From: an uncultured Bacteroidales bacterium
Lineage (GTDB): Bacteria; Bacteroidota; Bacteroidia; Bacteroidales; Paludibacteraceae
Direction: 5' to 3'
Length of the DNA: 64,000 nt
NCBI GenBank assembly: GCA_900319025.1
Contig: ONMT01000001.1
Coordinates: 8,462-72,461 of the forward strand
The notes under the pieces were generated by a model. That model saw only the letters and a list, made by a program, of their open reading frames with translations. It did not search any database and had not been told where the DNA came from. How positions within the stretch are numbered: the stretch's first letter is position 1; each line of letters starts with the position of its first letter. The position numbers were made by a program, and so were the translations under genes. This document shows positions 1 to 9,827 of this stretch, one piece after another.

Positions 1-685
1 GTGCAATAGTCTGCAAGGCGTTGAATATGGCACGTAAGTTTGTCTCGTTATCGGTATTAGCGGGACGGTGGATTGTAGCCAACACAAATTGCTTAGGCGT
101 TAATCCGAGACGCTCAATAATATCACTTTTTTGGTCTGCCTTGGGACTAAAGAATAATGCATTGTCATACATAACATCGCCCGTAAGGATGCCTTTCAGT
201 CCTTCCCGTTCCAAGTTGGTAACCGCCGTTTGAGTGGGTGCAAAAAGGAGTGAGGACAAGCGGTCGCAGACGATACGATTTATCTCCTCAGGCATGGACG
301 GGTTAAAGGAACGCAGCCCTGCTTCGACGTGGTAGATGGGCACCTGCAGTTTAGACGCAGCTAATGCAGCCGCCAAGGTGGAGTTGGTATCACCATAAAC
401 AAGTACTCCGTCAAATTGATTGGATTGGAGTACGCGCTCTATACCCATCATCATTTGTCCGGTTTGCTCAGCATGACTACCACTACCAACGTTGAGATTA
501 TATTGCGGTTGGGGGATATTCAATTCACGGAAGAAGACGGACGACATATTGGCATCATAATGCTGGCCGGTATGTAGAATCACTTCTTCTATTTCATGGT
601 TAAAGCGATTGCGAATAACACGCGAGATAGCCGCAGCTTTAATAATCTGCGGGCGTGCGCCTAATATGGTTAGCAGTCGCTTCAT
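1..685 (-). CDS. wecB: UDP-N-acetylglucosamine 2-epimerase, N-terminal part only (3' end lies beyond the window edge)
   Basis: Not in the ORF track because no stop lies in the window. Manual reverse translation from the ATG at 685-683 gives MKRLLTILGARPQIIKAAAISRVIRN..HTGQHYDANMS..VLVYGDTNSTLAAALAASKLQVPIYHVEAGLRSFN..MPEEINR. These are typical WecB N-terminal motifs. Confidence 0.9.
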   Translation of the reverse strand, partial: MKRLLTILGARPQIIKAAAISRVIRNRFNHEIEEVILHTGQHYDANMSSVFFRELNIPQPQYNLNVGSGSHAEQTGQMMMGIERVLQSNQFDGVLVYGDTNSTLAAALAASKLQVPIYHVEAGLRSFNPSMPEEINRIVCDRLSSLLFAPTQTAVTNLEREGLKGILTGDVMYDNALFFSPKADQKSDIIERLGLTPKQFVLATIHRPANTDNETNLRAIFNALQTIA

Positions 686-702
686 GTTAAAGTTTATAAG
701 GT

Positions 703-2052
703 TTATAAGTGTTTATAGAATTCGGTTACGGCAATAATACCTTTTTCCCACACTTCGAGGTCCATACTTTCGTTTGGTGAGTGAATAGCATTGGCCTCCA
801 GTCCAAATCCCATGAGAATGGTCTTCACTCCTAATACGCGTTCAAAGTCGGAGATGATAGGAATACTTCCTCCTCTTCGTGCAGCGAGTGGACGTTTACC
901 GAAAGCAATCTCAAAGCCTTTCTCCGCAGCCTTATACTCGGGAATATCGATTGGGCATACATATCCTTGTCCACCATGCATAGGCGTCACTTTGACGCGT
1001 ACGCCGACGGGTGCGATAGACTGCATATAGTCCGCAAAGGCGACACTAATTTTCTTGTGATCCTGATTCGACACGAGTCGGCAGCTGACTTTAGCAAAAG
1101 CTTTGGAAGGCAGAACAGTTTTGCTACCTTCGCCTATGTACCCGCCCCATATACCGCAGACGTCAAATGACGGTCGGCATGAATTGCGCTCCAATGTACT
1201 ATAACCCTCTTCTCCGAAGAGTGAATCCACGTCAATCGCAGCCTTGTATTTATCTTCCGAGAATGGAATTTGAGCAATCATTTCTCTTTCAGCTTGTGGG
1301 ATTGGCAACACATCGTCGTAGAAGTTAGGAATCGTAATTCTTCCATTTTTATCGACCACTTGTGCCAACATTTCACATAGCGCATTTAACGGGTTTTTAA
1401 CTGCGCCGCCAAAGTGCCCACTATGTAAGTCTCGATTCGGTCCGTCCACTTCTATTTCCCAATATGCCAATCCTCGCAGACCGGTTGTAATAGATGGTGT
1501 ATCTTTGCCAATCATTGAGGTATCACTAACAAGAATGATATCACAATGGAGTAAGTCCTTATGCTCCTTAATGAATGCTTCGAGCGACGGGCTACCTATT
1601 TCCTCCTCACCTTCGAAGATAAACTTCACGTTACAGTTCATAAGATTCTCGCTTACGAGGTATTCAAAGGCTTTAACTTGAATCATTGCTTGACCTTTGT
1701 CATCATCGGCTCCCCGAGCGTAGAGCCGCCCATCACGGATTTCCGGTTCCCAAGGATTAGAAAACCATTGTTCAAGTGGCTCGACTGGCATTACGTCATA
1801 ATGAGCATAGACAAACACTGTTTTTGAAGCACCTATATTATATTCGCCATAGACGAAAGGGTTGCCGTTAGAAGGCATAATCTCCGCTTTATGACACCCT
1901 GCAGCAAGTAGCAGTTTTTTCCACTGCTCGGCACAACGTAACATGTCGTCTTTGTGCTCAGGTTGGCAACTAACAGAGGGGATGCGAATGAGACTTGCCC
2001 ACTCTTCTAAAAAGCGGGATTTATTTGCTTGTATATAGTCTTGAATAATCAT
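703..2052 (-). CDS. M20-family dipeptidase / peptidase (ArgE/DapE/CPG2-like)
   Basis: The 465-aa ORF carries M20 hallmarks (YAHYDVMPVEP, RGADDDKGQ, FEGEEEIGSP). I trimmed the start to MIIQDY at 2052 because the upstream 16 codons run through the -7 promoter box at 2070-2077. Confidence 0.85.
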   Translation of the reverse strand: MIIQDYIQANKSRFLEEWASLIRIPSVSCQPEHKDDMLRCAEQWKKLLLAAGCHKAEIMPSNGNPFVYGEYNIGASKTVFVYAHYDVMPVEPLEQWFSNPWEPEIRDGRLYARGADDDKGQAMIQVKAFEYLVSENLMNCNVKFIFEGEEEIGSPSLEAFIKEHKDLLHCDIILVSDTSMIGKDTPSITTGLRGLAYWEIEVDGPNRDLHSGHFGGAVKNPLNALCEMLAQVVDKNGRITIPNFYDDVLPIPQAEREMIAQIPFSEDKYKAAIDVDSLFGEEGYSTLERNSCRPSFDVCGIWGGYIGEGSKTVLPSKAFAKVSCRLVSNQDHKKISVAFADYMQSIAPVGVRVKVTPMHGGQGYVCPIDIPEYKAAEKGFEIAFGKRPLAARRGGSIPIISDFERVLGVKTILMGFGLEANAIHSPNESMDLEVWEKGIIAVTEFYKHL

Positions 2053-2069
2053 AGGCGCTAATTTTGCTG

Positions 2070-2077
2070 CAAAAGTA
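2070..2077 (-). promoter_or_regulatory. Bacteroidetes -7 box (TACTTTTG on minus strand) for the M20 peptidase gene
   Basis: caaaagta on the + strand is TAnnTTTG on the - strand. It lies 18 nt upstream of the ATG at 2052. Confidence 0.6.
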
Positions 2078-2115
2078 CAAAAATTTTTGGGAATATGCAA
2101 ATAAAATCGACTTTT

Positions 2116-3195
2116 CTATAAAAATAAAACACTAACGTATTCGCATATCGCAAATTTTGGGAACAATTTGGCAAGTTGTGCGTGCTGGATGGTTAGGCGT
2201 CGCAAGGTGTATAATTTCTGTTTTAGTCTTCCGCTCGTTGGTCGTTGATAAGGATAAACTCTTCCGCCGTGTCCATACTGGATTAACTGGCTAAATAGTT
2301 GCTCTCCTTTACGGTCAGAAAGGTTATTATACAAGGGAAATTCGTTTTTAGGGAGTCCCAATTTATTAACAAGAACCCATCCGAATGTTTGCCATATTTC
2401 GAGCATGTGCATTTGCTTTAAAACAGGTTCAAGAATCTGTGCAAGTTCGTACTCAGAAGCCGCATCGTGTAAAGCAAGTGCCCAATCTGCCAACTGGCGC
2501 AGCCCCACCCCAGAGGATGCAAAATGGTGCCACGCGTGCATAAATATATATAAGGAGTTATAGGCTTTGGATGGAATAGAGACTGAGACATTATTGACTA
2601 TTATTGTGCGCGTTTTAGCCATTTCGCAAAGCGTAAACCGTTGATAGGCTTTGTTAGCACGTGGCATATGCGTCAACTCCATCGTTACACGATGAAGTTC
2701 GGCTATTCGGTCATTATTCTCGTCGAGTACCATCGTAAAATGAAGTCCTCCATGTTCCTCGGAGAACCAGTGCGCCTGCGGATACGCATCGCGGATGATT
2801 GGTATCATTCGGTCGTAGTCTTCCTCCCCTATATAAAGATCGACATCCGCAAAATCACGCACGTCGGGATTAGGATAAAGGAGTGCGATGGCATACCCTT
2901 TGATTAGGATAGGCTCAATATGATGTTTTCTTAGTAACGAGACGAGCTCTACGAGGAGTGCATTTTGATGCTCTCGCCGCTGGAGTGTGATGGCAATATT
3001 AATCTTTTGCTGTGCAGATTGCAGAATAGGAATATGGTTATTCAAAGCCCATAGTGCAACCATGTGCGCCATCTGCTGACGGTAGAGTTGATTCCATAAC
3101 TCTCGCTGCATGAGCAGGGAAACATCCATCGTGAGCGGTTCGTTCCATAGAACAGCACGCAGAAGAGCAGCTATTTCGTCGGAGTAAAGTTTCAT
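2116..3195 (-). CDS. Uncharacterised nucleotidyltransferase-family protein (NTP_transf_5-like)
   Basis: 359-aa ORF with a GYAIALLYPNPDVRDFADVDLYI segment that resembles the G-x-x..D-x-D nucleotidyltransferase fold motif. The family assignment is from memory only. Confidence 0.55.
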   Translation of the reverse strand: MKLYSDEIAALLRAVLWNEPLTMDVSLLMQRELWNQLYRQQMAHMVALWALNNHIPILQSAQQKINIAITLQRREHQNALLVELVSLLRKHHIEPILIKGYAIALLYPNPDVRDFADVDLYIGEEDYDRMIPIIRDAYPQAHWFSEEHGGLHFTMVLDENNDRIAELHRVTMELTHMPRANKAYQRFTLCEMAKTRTIIVNNVSVSIPSKAYNSLYIFMHAWHHFASSGVGLRQLADWALALHDAASEYELAQILEPVLKQMHMLEIWQTFGWVLVNKLGLPKNEFPLYNNLSDRKGEQLFSQLIQYGHGGRVYPYQRPTSGRLKQKLYTLRRLTIQHAQLAKLFPKFAICEYVSVLFL

Positions 3196-3214
3196 AATCG
3201 TTCGTTTTCGGGTG

Positions 3215-3222
3215 CAAAATTA
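3215..3222 (-). promoter_or_regulatory. -7 box (TAATTTTG on minus strand) for the 2116-3195 gene
   Basis: caaaatta on the + strand, 20 nt upstream of the start at 3195. Confidence 0.55.
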
Positions 3223-3296
3223 CATTTTTTTTTACAATTATGCAAGTAAAAATTCATTTTATTAACAAATTATTTGCACAAGTGCAAAAAAAACAC

Positions 3297-3304
3297 TACT
3301 TTTG
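3297..3304 (+). promoter_or_regulatory. -7 box TACTTTTG for the GH13/symporter/GH13 cluster
   Basis: aaaaaacacTACTTTTGcagcaa, 30 nt upstream of the ATG at 3334. Confidence 0.6.
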
Positions 3305-3333
3305 CAGCAAATTTACCATTAAATAACTAATCT

Positions 3334-5298
3334 ATGAAAAAGTTACTTTATGCAATTTGTTTCAGCATGCTATTGGTATGCTGCCAGTCCAATTTGTATG
3401 AACAAATAGCAGTAGGCGAGCCGATTATGCCGGTTCGAATGCACTCGGATAGTGCCGAGATTGTATTGACGGACTATGTTCCAACGCTTATCGGTTCTAA
3501 TGTCGAAAGACTTGCAAGGATGTCTGTAATGTCAATTGAGAATGATGGCAGAATAAGCGAAATACCATTTACAGATGGTAAGACAAGTTTTAGTATTGCC
3601 GTACTACCCAATAAGCCATTTCGCACAGGTTTGATTACGACTGGGAGCGAGCGGCACAAAGTAAGCATTCAATTGCCGTCGGAAGAAGCGCAGATTGTGG
3701 CATATATTCAGAATATGCCCATATCAGCAGCCGATATTAAAAATGAAGGCAATGGTAAATTCACTATTCATATCTCAAAACGCATTAAGGGTCGTTCTTT
3801 CCTACGTATTTTTGCCGCAGATGCTACAAATCTGTACAACGACTTACTAATTCCTTTACAGGACAGCAAACCAGTCTTGGATGCAAGGCAATTAACTCGT
3901 CACGATGCGGAAGGGCAAGTGCTTTATTCTTTGATGGTTGACCGTTTCGCCAATGGAAATGCTAACAACGACTGGAAAATGAATTCGCCCGAAGTGCTTG
4001 ATATCGTCGATTATCAAGGCGGCGATTTTGCGGGTATCACAGCGAAAATACGAGAAGGCTTCTTCGACAGTTTGGGAATCAATACGATATGGGTGTCCCC
4101 CATTACGCAGAACCCTTGGGACGCGTGGGGTAAATACGAATTTAAGAACGGTAATAAATACGACTCGACCAAGCTCTATACCAAGTTCAGCGGTTATCAC
4201 GGTTACTGGCCGATATACGCTACACGTTTAGACAAACGGTTCGGTACAGAAGCGGAATTCCGCGAGTTATTATCAACCGCCCACGCCCACAATATAAACG
4301 TAATACTGGACTATGTAGCCAATCACATGCACATCAACTCCCCGACCTATCAGCAGCATCCTGACTGGCATACGGACTCTATTCTGCCGGACGGTCGCCG
4401 TAACTTCGAGTTATGGGACGAAGCGCGCCTGACAACGTGGTTCGACCGCCATATTCCGACCTTGGACCTGGAGCGTGCAGACATATGCGAAGCGATGACA
4501 GACTCCGCTCTGTACTGGCTTGAGAACTTCGAGTTAGACGGGTTCCGTCATGACGCTTGCAAACATATTCCGGAAGGCTACTGGCGTTTGCTGACTCAAA
4601 AGATGAAGACGCGCTTCCCGGGCAGAGCTATATGGATGATAGGTGAAACATACGGCAGCCCTCAACTTATTGGTTCGTACGTCAAATCCGGCATGCTCAA
4701 CGCACAATTCGACTTTAATGTATATTTTGCGATACGCGATGCATTAGTGCTCGGTAAGAGTTTCGAGACGGTTAATGCCACTATTCTGGAATCGCTGGCA
4801 GCTTATGGCGCTCACCACACGATGGGTAATATCAGCGGCAATCACGACCAAATACGTTTTGCCTCAATGGCGGGTGAGGCTATCGGCTTGAATACCAACG
4901 GTAAGGAAGAAGGCTGGACGAGCGATGTAGGTATCGGTAACGCCGACTTGGCATACCAACGCACCCTCACCCAGGAAGTGATTAATCTCACGATCCCGGG
5001 CGTTCCTTGCATCTATCAAGGTGACGAATATGCCGAAGTAGGCGGAAACGACCCGGATAACCGACACATGATGCGCTTCGATTCACTCAGTGCTGAACAA
5101 GAGGCATTCCGCAGGAAAGTGAGAGAGTGTATTGCCCTTCGCCGCCACAATATGGCACTTATATACGGCGATTATATTCCTATAGTTGCATCGCAAGACA
5201 CGCTGATATATCAACGTGTATATATGGATAATGTCGTTCAAGTGACCATAACACGCGACTCAGAGCCCGTTATTGAAATAGTTGACAAGCATGAGTAA
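3334..5298 (+). CDS. GH13 alpha-amylase-family glycoside hydrolase, lipoprotein, with ~200-aa N-terminal extra domain
   Basis: Lipobox LLVCCQS. GH13 conserved regions are present: DYVANH, GFRHDACKHI, IGETYG, GNHDQ. Confidence 0.85.
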   Translation: MKKLLYAICFSMLLVCCQSNLYEQIAVGEPIMPVRMHSDSAEIVLTDYVPTLIGSNVERLARMSVMSIENDGRISEIPFTDGKTSFSIAVLPNKPFRTGLITTGSERHKVSIQLPSEEAQIVAYIQNMPISAADIKNEGNGKFTIHISKRIKGRSFLRIFAADATNLYNDLLIPLQDSKPVLDARQLTRHDAEGQVLYSLMVDRFANGNANNDWKMNSPEVLDIVDYQGGDFAGITAKIREGFFDSLGINTIWVSPITQNPWDAWGKYEFKNGNKYDSTKLYTKFSGYHGYWPIYATRLDKRFGTEAEFRELLSTAHAHNINVILDYVANHMHINSPTYQQHPDWHTDSILPDGRRNFELWDEARLTTWFDRHIPTLDLERADICEAMTDSALYWLENFELDGFRHDACKHIPEGYWRLLTQKMKTRFPGRAIWMIGETYGSPQLIGSYVKSGMLNAQFDFNVYFAIRDALVLGKSFETVNATILESLAAYGAHHTMGNISGNHDQIRFASMAGEAIGLNTNGKEEGWTSDVGIGNADLAYQRTLTQEVINLTIPGVPCIYQGDEYAEVGGNDPDNRHMMRFDSLSAEQEAFRRKVRECIALRRHNMALIYGDYIPIVASQDTLIYQRVYMDNVVQVTITRDSEPVIEIVDKHE

Positions 5299-6664
5299 CC
5301 GACCCAAAGCGCCATCCTTTTCGTCTAAATTAGGCATACTGATGGCTACTGCCGGCAGCGCAGTAGGCTTGGGAAATATATGGAAGTTCCCTTATATAGC
5401 CGGTCAAAACGGCGGCGGCGCGTTTCTACTGGTCTATATCATCTGCGTGATACTATTCGGTCTGCCATTATTAATGACCGAGTTATATATTGGAAAACAA
5501 TCCGGTAAAAGCGTTTATGGAGCCTTCCGCACCTTAAGGAAGAATAACAGATGGCAGTGGTTAAGTTGGGTCTGTATGCTGACCGGCCTGGTTATTATGG
5601 GCTTTTATTTTGTTGTAACCGGTTGGTGCTTCCATTACTTTACTGCAGCCATTACTCATGCCTACAAGGGCATGGACTCCGCTTCCCTTTTGGACCACTT
5701 TCACGGATTAGTGAGCGACTTCCCGACTATGTTAAGCTACAGCTTCTTGGCGGTGCTATTGACAGCCGCCGTTCTGTGGTTTGATGTAAACAAAGGTATA
5801 GAGCGTTTGAGTAAGATACTGATGCCGTTGCTACTCATTATGATGTTCCTTATGGCAGGGCGGGTTTTAATGTTGGACGGAAGCAATATCGGTATTCAAT
5901 TCTTCTTCCAAGCCGATTTTTCGAAGCTAACACCTCAAGTGGTCCTTGCCGCTTTGGGGCAATGTTTCTTCAGCCTGTCTATCGGTATGGGGGCACTCAT
6001 TACGTATGGAGCTTATATGCCTAAAGAGCAGGATATTACCATTACCTCTGTCCAGGTAGCATTCTTAGACACCTTAGTTGCTATCCTCGCCGGCATAATC
6101 ATCTTTCCTGCAGTCTTTGCCTTTGGCGTCAATCCGGCAGAGGGCCCTGAATTAGTTTTCGTAGTACTACCTGAGATACTGGAAAAGATGTCCTTCTCGT
6201 GGCTGAGCGGCATACTATTCTTTTCTCTATTAGGAATAGCCGCCATCACGTCCACGATATCCCTAATGGAAGTGGTAGTAGCCTTTGCCACCGAAGTCTC
6301 TGCTCACACACGCCATCCGTTAAACAGACACAAATCCGTTATTTTAGTGAGTATTACAGTGATGGTGATGGTGACCGCTTGTATATCCTCTATGACGGGA
6401 TCACCCTCTTGGCTCATTATCGGCGGACATACTCTATTTGATTGGTTTGACAAATTATCATCTTGCGTGTTCATGCCACTTAATGCGTTTGCTATGGCAT
6501 TGTTCGTGGGCTGGTTTCTTCCTAAAGACGGCATTGCACATCAATTAGGCAACCAACCGGGGATCAAGACTTATATAGCCGACTGCTATATACAAATCGT
6601 ACGTTTTTTAGTACCTCTTGCCATTATAGCTATTTTCCTTAACGGTTTAGGATTATGGAAATAG
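5291..6664 (+). CDS. Sodium-dependent transporter of the NSS/SNF family
   Basis: GLGNIWKFPYIAGQNGGGAFLL is the NSS signature, and many TM segments follow. The track start at 5282 is a TTG. The ATG at 5291 (MSNRPK) is more likely and overlaps the upstream GH13 stop by 8 nt. Confidence 0.88.
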   Translation: MSNRPKAPSFSSKLGILMATAGSAVGLGNIWKFPYIAGQNGGGAFLLVYIICVILFGLPLLMTELYIGKQSGKSVYGAFRTLRKNNRWQWLSWVCMLTGLVIMGFYFVVTGWCFHYFTAAITHAYKGMDSASLLDHFHGLVSDFPTMLSYSFLAVLLTAAVLWFDVNKGIERLSKILMPLLLIMMFLMAGRVLMLDGSNIGIQFFFQADFSKLTPQVVLAALGQCFFSLSIGMGALITYGAYMPKEQDITITSVQVAFLDTLVAILAGIIIFPAVFAFGVNPAEGPELVFVVLPEILEKMSFSWLSGILFFSLLGIAAITSTISLMEVVVAFATEVSAHTRHPLNRHKSVILVSITVMVMVTACISSMTGSPSWLIIGGHTLFDWFDKLSSCVFMPLNAFAMALFVGWFLPKDGIAHQLGNQPGIKTYIADCYIQIVRFLVPLAIIAIFLNGLGLWK

Positions 6665-6693
6665 GTAAAAATAGCAATTAAAATTATAATATT

Positions 6694-8043
6694 ATGAAGA
6701 AAAACTTTTTATTTATTGTAGCCGTAGTACTTTTTTCGGGCTGCACCTCTCCCAAACACGAACATCGCCATCCTGAATGGGCGTATAACAGCACCATCTA
6801 CGAACTCAACACACGCCAAGTGACACCTGAGGGCACATTTGCCGCAGCAGAGAATCTGCTACCGGAACTGCGCGAGAATGGGATTGACATTATTTGGGTT
6901 ATGCCCTGTCAACCGATTGGCGTGATTACGCGCAAAGGGACATTAGGTAGTTACTACTCTATTGTTGACTATTGCCAAATCAATCCTGAGTTTGGTACTC
7001 GCGCAGATTTTGAGCACTTCCTTGCTAAGGCACACAAGATGGGATTCAAGGTCATTTTAGACTGGGTAGCCAACCACACTGCTCCAGATAGCGAGTGGAC
7101 AAAGAACGATGGCTGGCACTATCGTGATAGTTTGGGTAACCTGGTAGTTCAATACGATTGGACAGATATCAGTAAACTCAACTACGACAACCAAGACATG
7201 CGCAACGAGATGCTTCGTTGCATGCACTGGTGGATGGATAGCATAGGCATTGACGGTTTCCGCTGTGATGTTGCGGGAGAAGTTCCGACTGATTTCTGGA
7301 ATTGGGCAATGGCAGACCTGCGCCAAACCCATCCCGATATGTTCACGCTGGCAGAAGATGAGGACAAGGCAGACGATTTGACAGAATCTGCGTTTGATAT
7401 GTATTATGGTTGGACTCTTCACCATATTATGAATGAAGTAGCGCAAGGCAAACAAAGTGTTGATGACTTGTGGAATTATTTCGCTAAGTGCGACACAACT
7501 ATTCGTCAAGATGCTATTCGCATGAACTTCATCACCAACCACGATGAAAACTCATGGCATGGCACTGCTTATGAGCGCATGGGCGAAGGCACAAACCTGT
7601 TTGCTGCTTTCACTTACGTTGTACCAGGAATGCCACTTATCTACACCGGCCAACTCAGTGGTAATAACCACCGCTTGGAATTCTTTGAGAAAGATTTAAT
7701 TGACAAAGACGAAGCACACTCCCAGGCATGCTTATACAAGAATCTGAATACACTTCGTAAGTCCAATCCTGCTTTATGGAGCAACGAGAAAGGAGCTCCA
7801 ATGTTCCGTATTCCAGCTGATAACGATAAGATTTTTGCATGTGTTCGCCCACTGACTAAATGTCCGAAATGCAAAAACACAGTCATCGCAGTTATGAACA
7901 TGTCGGCAGAGCCACAAGTAGTTACACTTGATCTTGCCGGCTACGAAGGCAAATACAAATGCTGCTGCGGTAAAAAGGTGGAGTTGGCTACAGCGCAAAC
8001 GGTAGAACTTAAGCCCTGGAGCTGGAAGATTTTTACGAAATAA
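6694..8043 (+). CDS. GH13 alpha-amylase, lipoprotein
   Basis: Lipobox LFSGCTS. GH13 regions are present: DWVANH, GFRCDVAGEVP, LAEDED, TNHDEN. Confidence 0.85.
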   Translation: MKKNFLFIVAVVLFSGCTSPKHEHRHPEWAYNSTIYELNTRQVTPEGTFAAAENLLPELRENGIDIIWVMPCQPIGVITRKGTLGSYYSIVDYCQINPEFGTRADFEHFLAKAHKMGFKVILDWVANHTAPDSEWTKNDGWHYRDSLGNLVVQYDWTDISKLNYDNQDMRNEMLRCMHWWMDSIGIDGFRCDVAGEVPTDFWNWAMADLRQTHPDMFTLAEDEDKADDLTESAFDMYYGWTLHHIMNEVAQGKQSVDDLWNYFAKCDTTIRQDAIRMNFITNHDENSWHGTAYERMGEGTNLFAAFTYVVPGMPLIYTGQLSGNNHRLEFFEKDLIDKDEAHSQACLYKNLNTLRKSNPALWSNEKGAPMFRIPADNDKIFACVRPLTKCPKCKNTVIAVMNMSAEPQVVTLDLAGYEGKYKCCCGKKVELATAQTVELKPWSWKIFTK

Positions 8044-8061
8044 AACATACCTCACAAAAAT

Positions 8062-8100
8062 CAAACAGACCGCCGAGAAATCGACGGTCTGTTGTTTTTA
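8062..8100. terminator. Bidirectional hairpin terminator between convergent amylase and rng genes
   Basis: Stem acagaccg (8065-8072) pairs with cggtctgt (8085-8092). An A-run lies on one side and a T-run on the other. Confidence 0.6.
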
Positions 8101-9708
8101 ACTTTTCTCACTATCCTCTTTGGGAAGCTCGAGTAATTCGCCTTTGCGGGAGTAGAATTTAGTTTCTATCATTCCCAATGACTGATTTTCCTGCACATAA
8201 ACGCCGTACTTTCTAAACCATGTGGTAGATAGGCGTTTGAAGATAGAGCCCTTTGTGACGTAAGCATATACATACGGATGCAGATGAACTCTAATGCCTC
8301 GTCCATAATGTTCACGCATTTGGGCAATATGTTCTTCAACTTGGTCAGTAAAGAGCAAAGTAGGTTGTACCTTACCTTTGCCCAAACACATTGGGCAGAC
8401 CTCAGTCACATTCACTTCCACCGCCGGGCGCACGCGTTGGCGAGTGATTTGCATCAATCCGAATTTACTGAGCGGGAGAACATTGTGTTTTGCGCGGTCA
8501 TTAGCCATAAGCTGACACATGTGGTGATACAATTGATCTTGGTGTTCCTTGGAGTCCATATCAACAAAATCAATAATGATAATACCTCCAATATCACGCA
8601 GACGTAACTGATGGACAATCTCGTCCGCCGCCAACATGTTATATTGAAACGCGTTCTCCTCGTGATCCTCAAATATCTTCTTAGAGCCTGTATTGACGTC
8701 GATGGCGAAGAGTGCTTCGGTGCGATCAATAACGAGATAGCCGCCATTTTTAAAGCCTACTGTTCGACCAAGTCCTGTCTTCAACTGACGAGTGATATCA
8801 AATTTATCAAAAATGGGCTCCTTACCTTTGTACTTCTTTACAATCTTTACGCTTTCAGGTGCGATCAGTTCTACGTATTCACGAACATCCTCGTAGATAG
8901 CATCGTCATTAACCTGAATACTTGTAAATTCCGGTGAAAAGACATCGCGCAGTATACCAATAGTACGTCCGAGCTCTTCACTCACGAGTCTCACTTCTGC
9001 GTCCTTGTTCTTTTTAACAGGTTGCGTCTCTTTCTCTCGTGGTTTTTGCAGGGTACGAATAGCCTCTTCCCATCTTTTTACCAAAATACGTAACTCATTG
9101 TCCAATTCAGCTACGCGCTTATCTTCAGCTACGGTACGTACGATTACCCCATAACCCGCAGGTTTAATGGATTGTACCAACTGCTTGAGACGGCTTCTTT
9201 CGGACTCACGTTTAATTTTAGAGCTCACCATCACCTTTTCAGCAAAGGGAATAAGTACCATATTGCGACCAGCGATACTGAGTTCAGCGGTGAGACGCGG
9301 ACCTTTGGTATTAATCGGCTCCTTGCTAACTTGCACAAGCAGCATATCACCCACATGAACATAGTCTGCTATCTGTCCTTCTTTACCGACATCCTTTTGT
9401 CGTTGAAGTCTAGACATAGGGGGCAGCTTACGTCGGTCACTAATGGCTTTGGTAAGGTAGTCTTTAAGTGTCAGATATTGAGAACCTAAATCCAGATAGT
9501 GTAGAAAAGCTTCTTTTTCATGACCTACATCCACAAAGACAGCATTTAGCGCAGGCATCACTTTCTTCACTCGACCGTAATAGATATTACCTACTGCAAA
9601 ATTATCTACATCGCGTTTTTCGCGTGTAATCTCTTGCAAGCGATCATCCTCGGTGAGAGCGATAGCGATTTCTTGTGGTTGTACGTCTACAATTAATTCG
9701 CTTTTCAT
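8098..9708 (-). CDS. rng: Ribonuclease E/G family protein
   Basis: 536 aa with an N-terminal S1-like segment (GNIYYGRVKKVMPALNAVFVDVG) and catalytic-core motifs (AIDVNTG, IIIIDFVDM). Confidence 0.88.
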   Translation of the reverse strand: MKSELIVDVQPQEIAIALTEDDRLQEITREKRDVDNFAVGNIYYGRVKKVMPALNAVFVDVGHEKEAFLHYLDLGSQYLTLKDYLTKAISDRRKLPPMSRLQRQKDVGKEGQIADYVHVGDMLLVQVSKEPINTKGPRLTAELSIAGRNMVLIPFAEKVMVSSKIKRESERSRLKQLVQSIKPAGYGVIVRTVAEDKRVAELDNELRILVKRWEEAIRTLQKPREKETQPVKKNKDAEVRLVSEELGRTIGILRDVFSPEFTSIQVNDDAIYEDVREYVELIAPESVKIVKKYKGKEPIFDKFDITRQLKTGLGRTVGFKNGGYLVIDRTEALFAIDVNTGSKKIFEDHEENAFQYNMLAADEIVHQLRLRDIGGIIIIDFVDMDSKEHQDQLYHHMCQLMANDRAKHNVLPLSKFGLMQITRQRVRPAVEVNVTEVCPMCLGKGKVQPTLLFTDQVEEHIAQMREHYGRGIRVHLHPYVYAYVTKGSIFKRLSTTWFRKYGVYVQENQSLGMIETKFYSRKGELLELPKEDSEKS

Positions 9709-9720
9709 GATTCAATATTT

Positions 9721-9779
9721 CAAAAAAGAGGCTTTGCAGCTAACTATTTTGCGCCCAAAATAGTCTTCGCCACAAAGCC
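9721..9779 (-). terminator. Long imperfect hairpin plus U-tract between bTHX and rng (terminator or attenuator)
   Basis: The inner 9-bp stem is 9743-9751 / 9756-9764 and the outer stem is 9730-9736 / 9773-9779. The T-run on the minus strand is the complement of caaaaaag at 9721-9728. It ends about 13 nt before the rng ATG. Confidence 0.55.
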
Positions 9780-9827
9780 AAGTTAATAATACTAATCGTC
9801 TATAGCCATTCGGCTTATAAACCAAGC

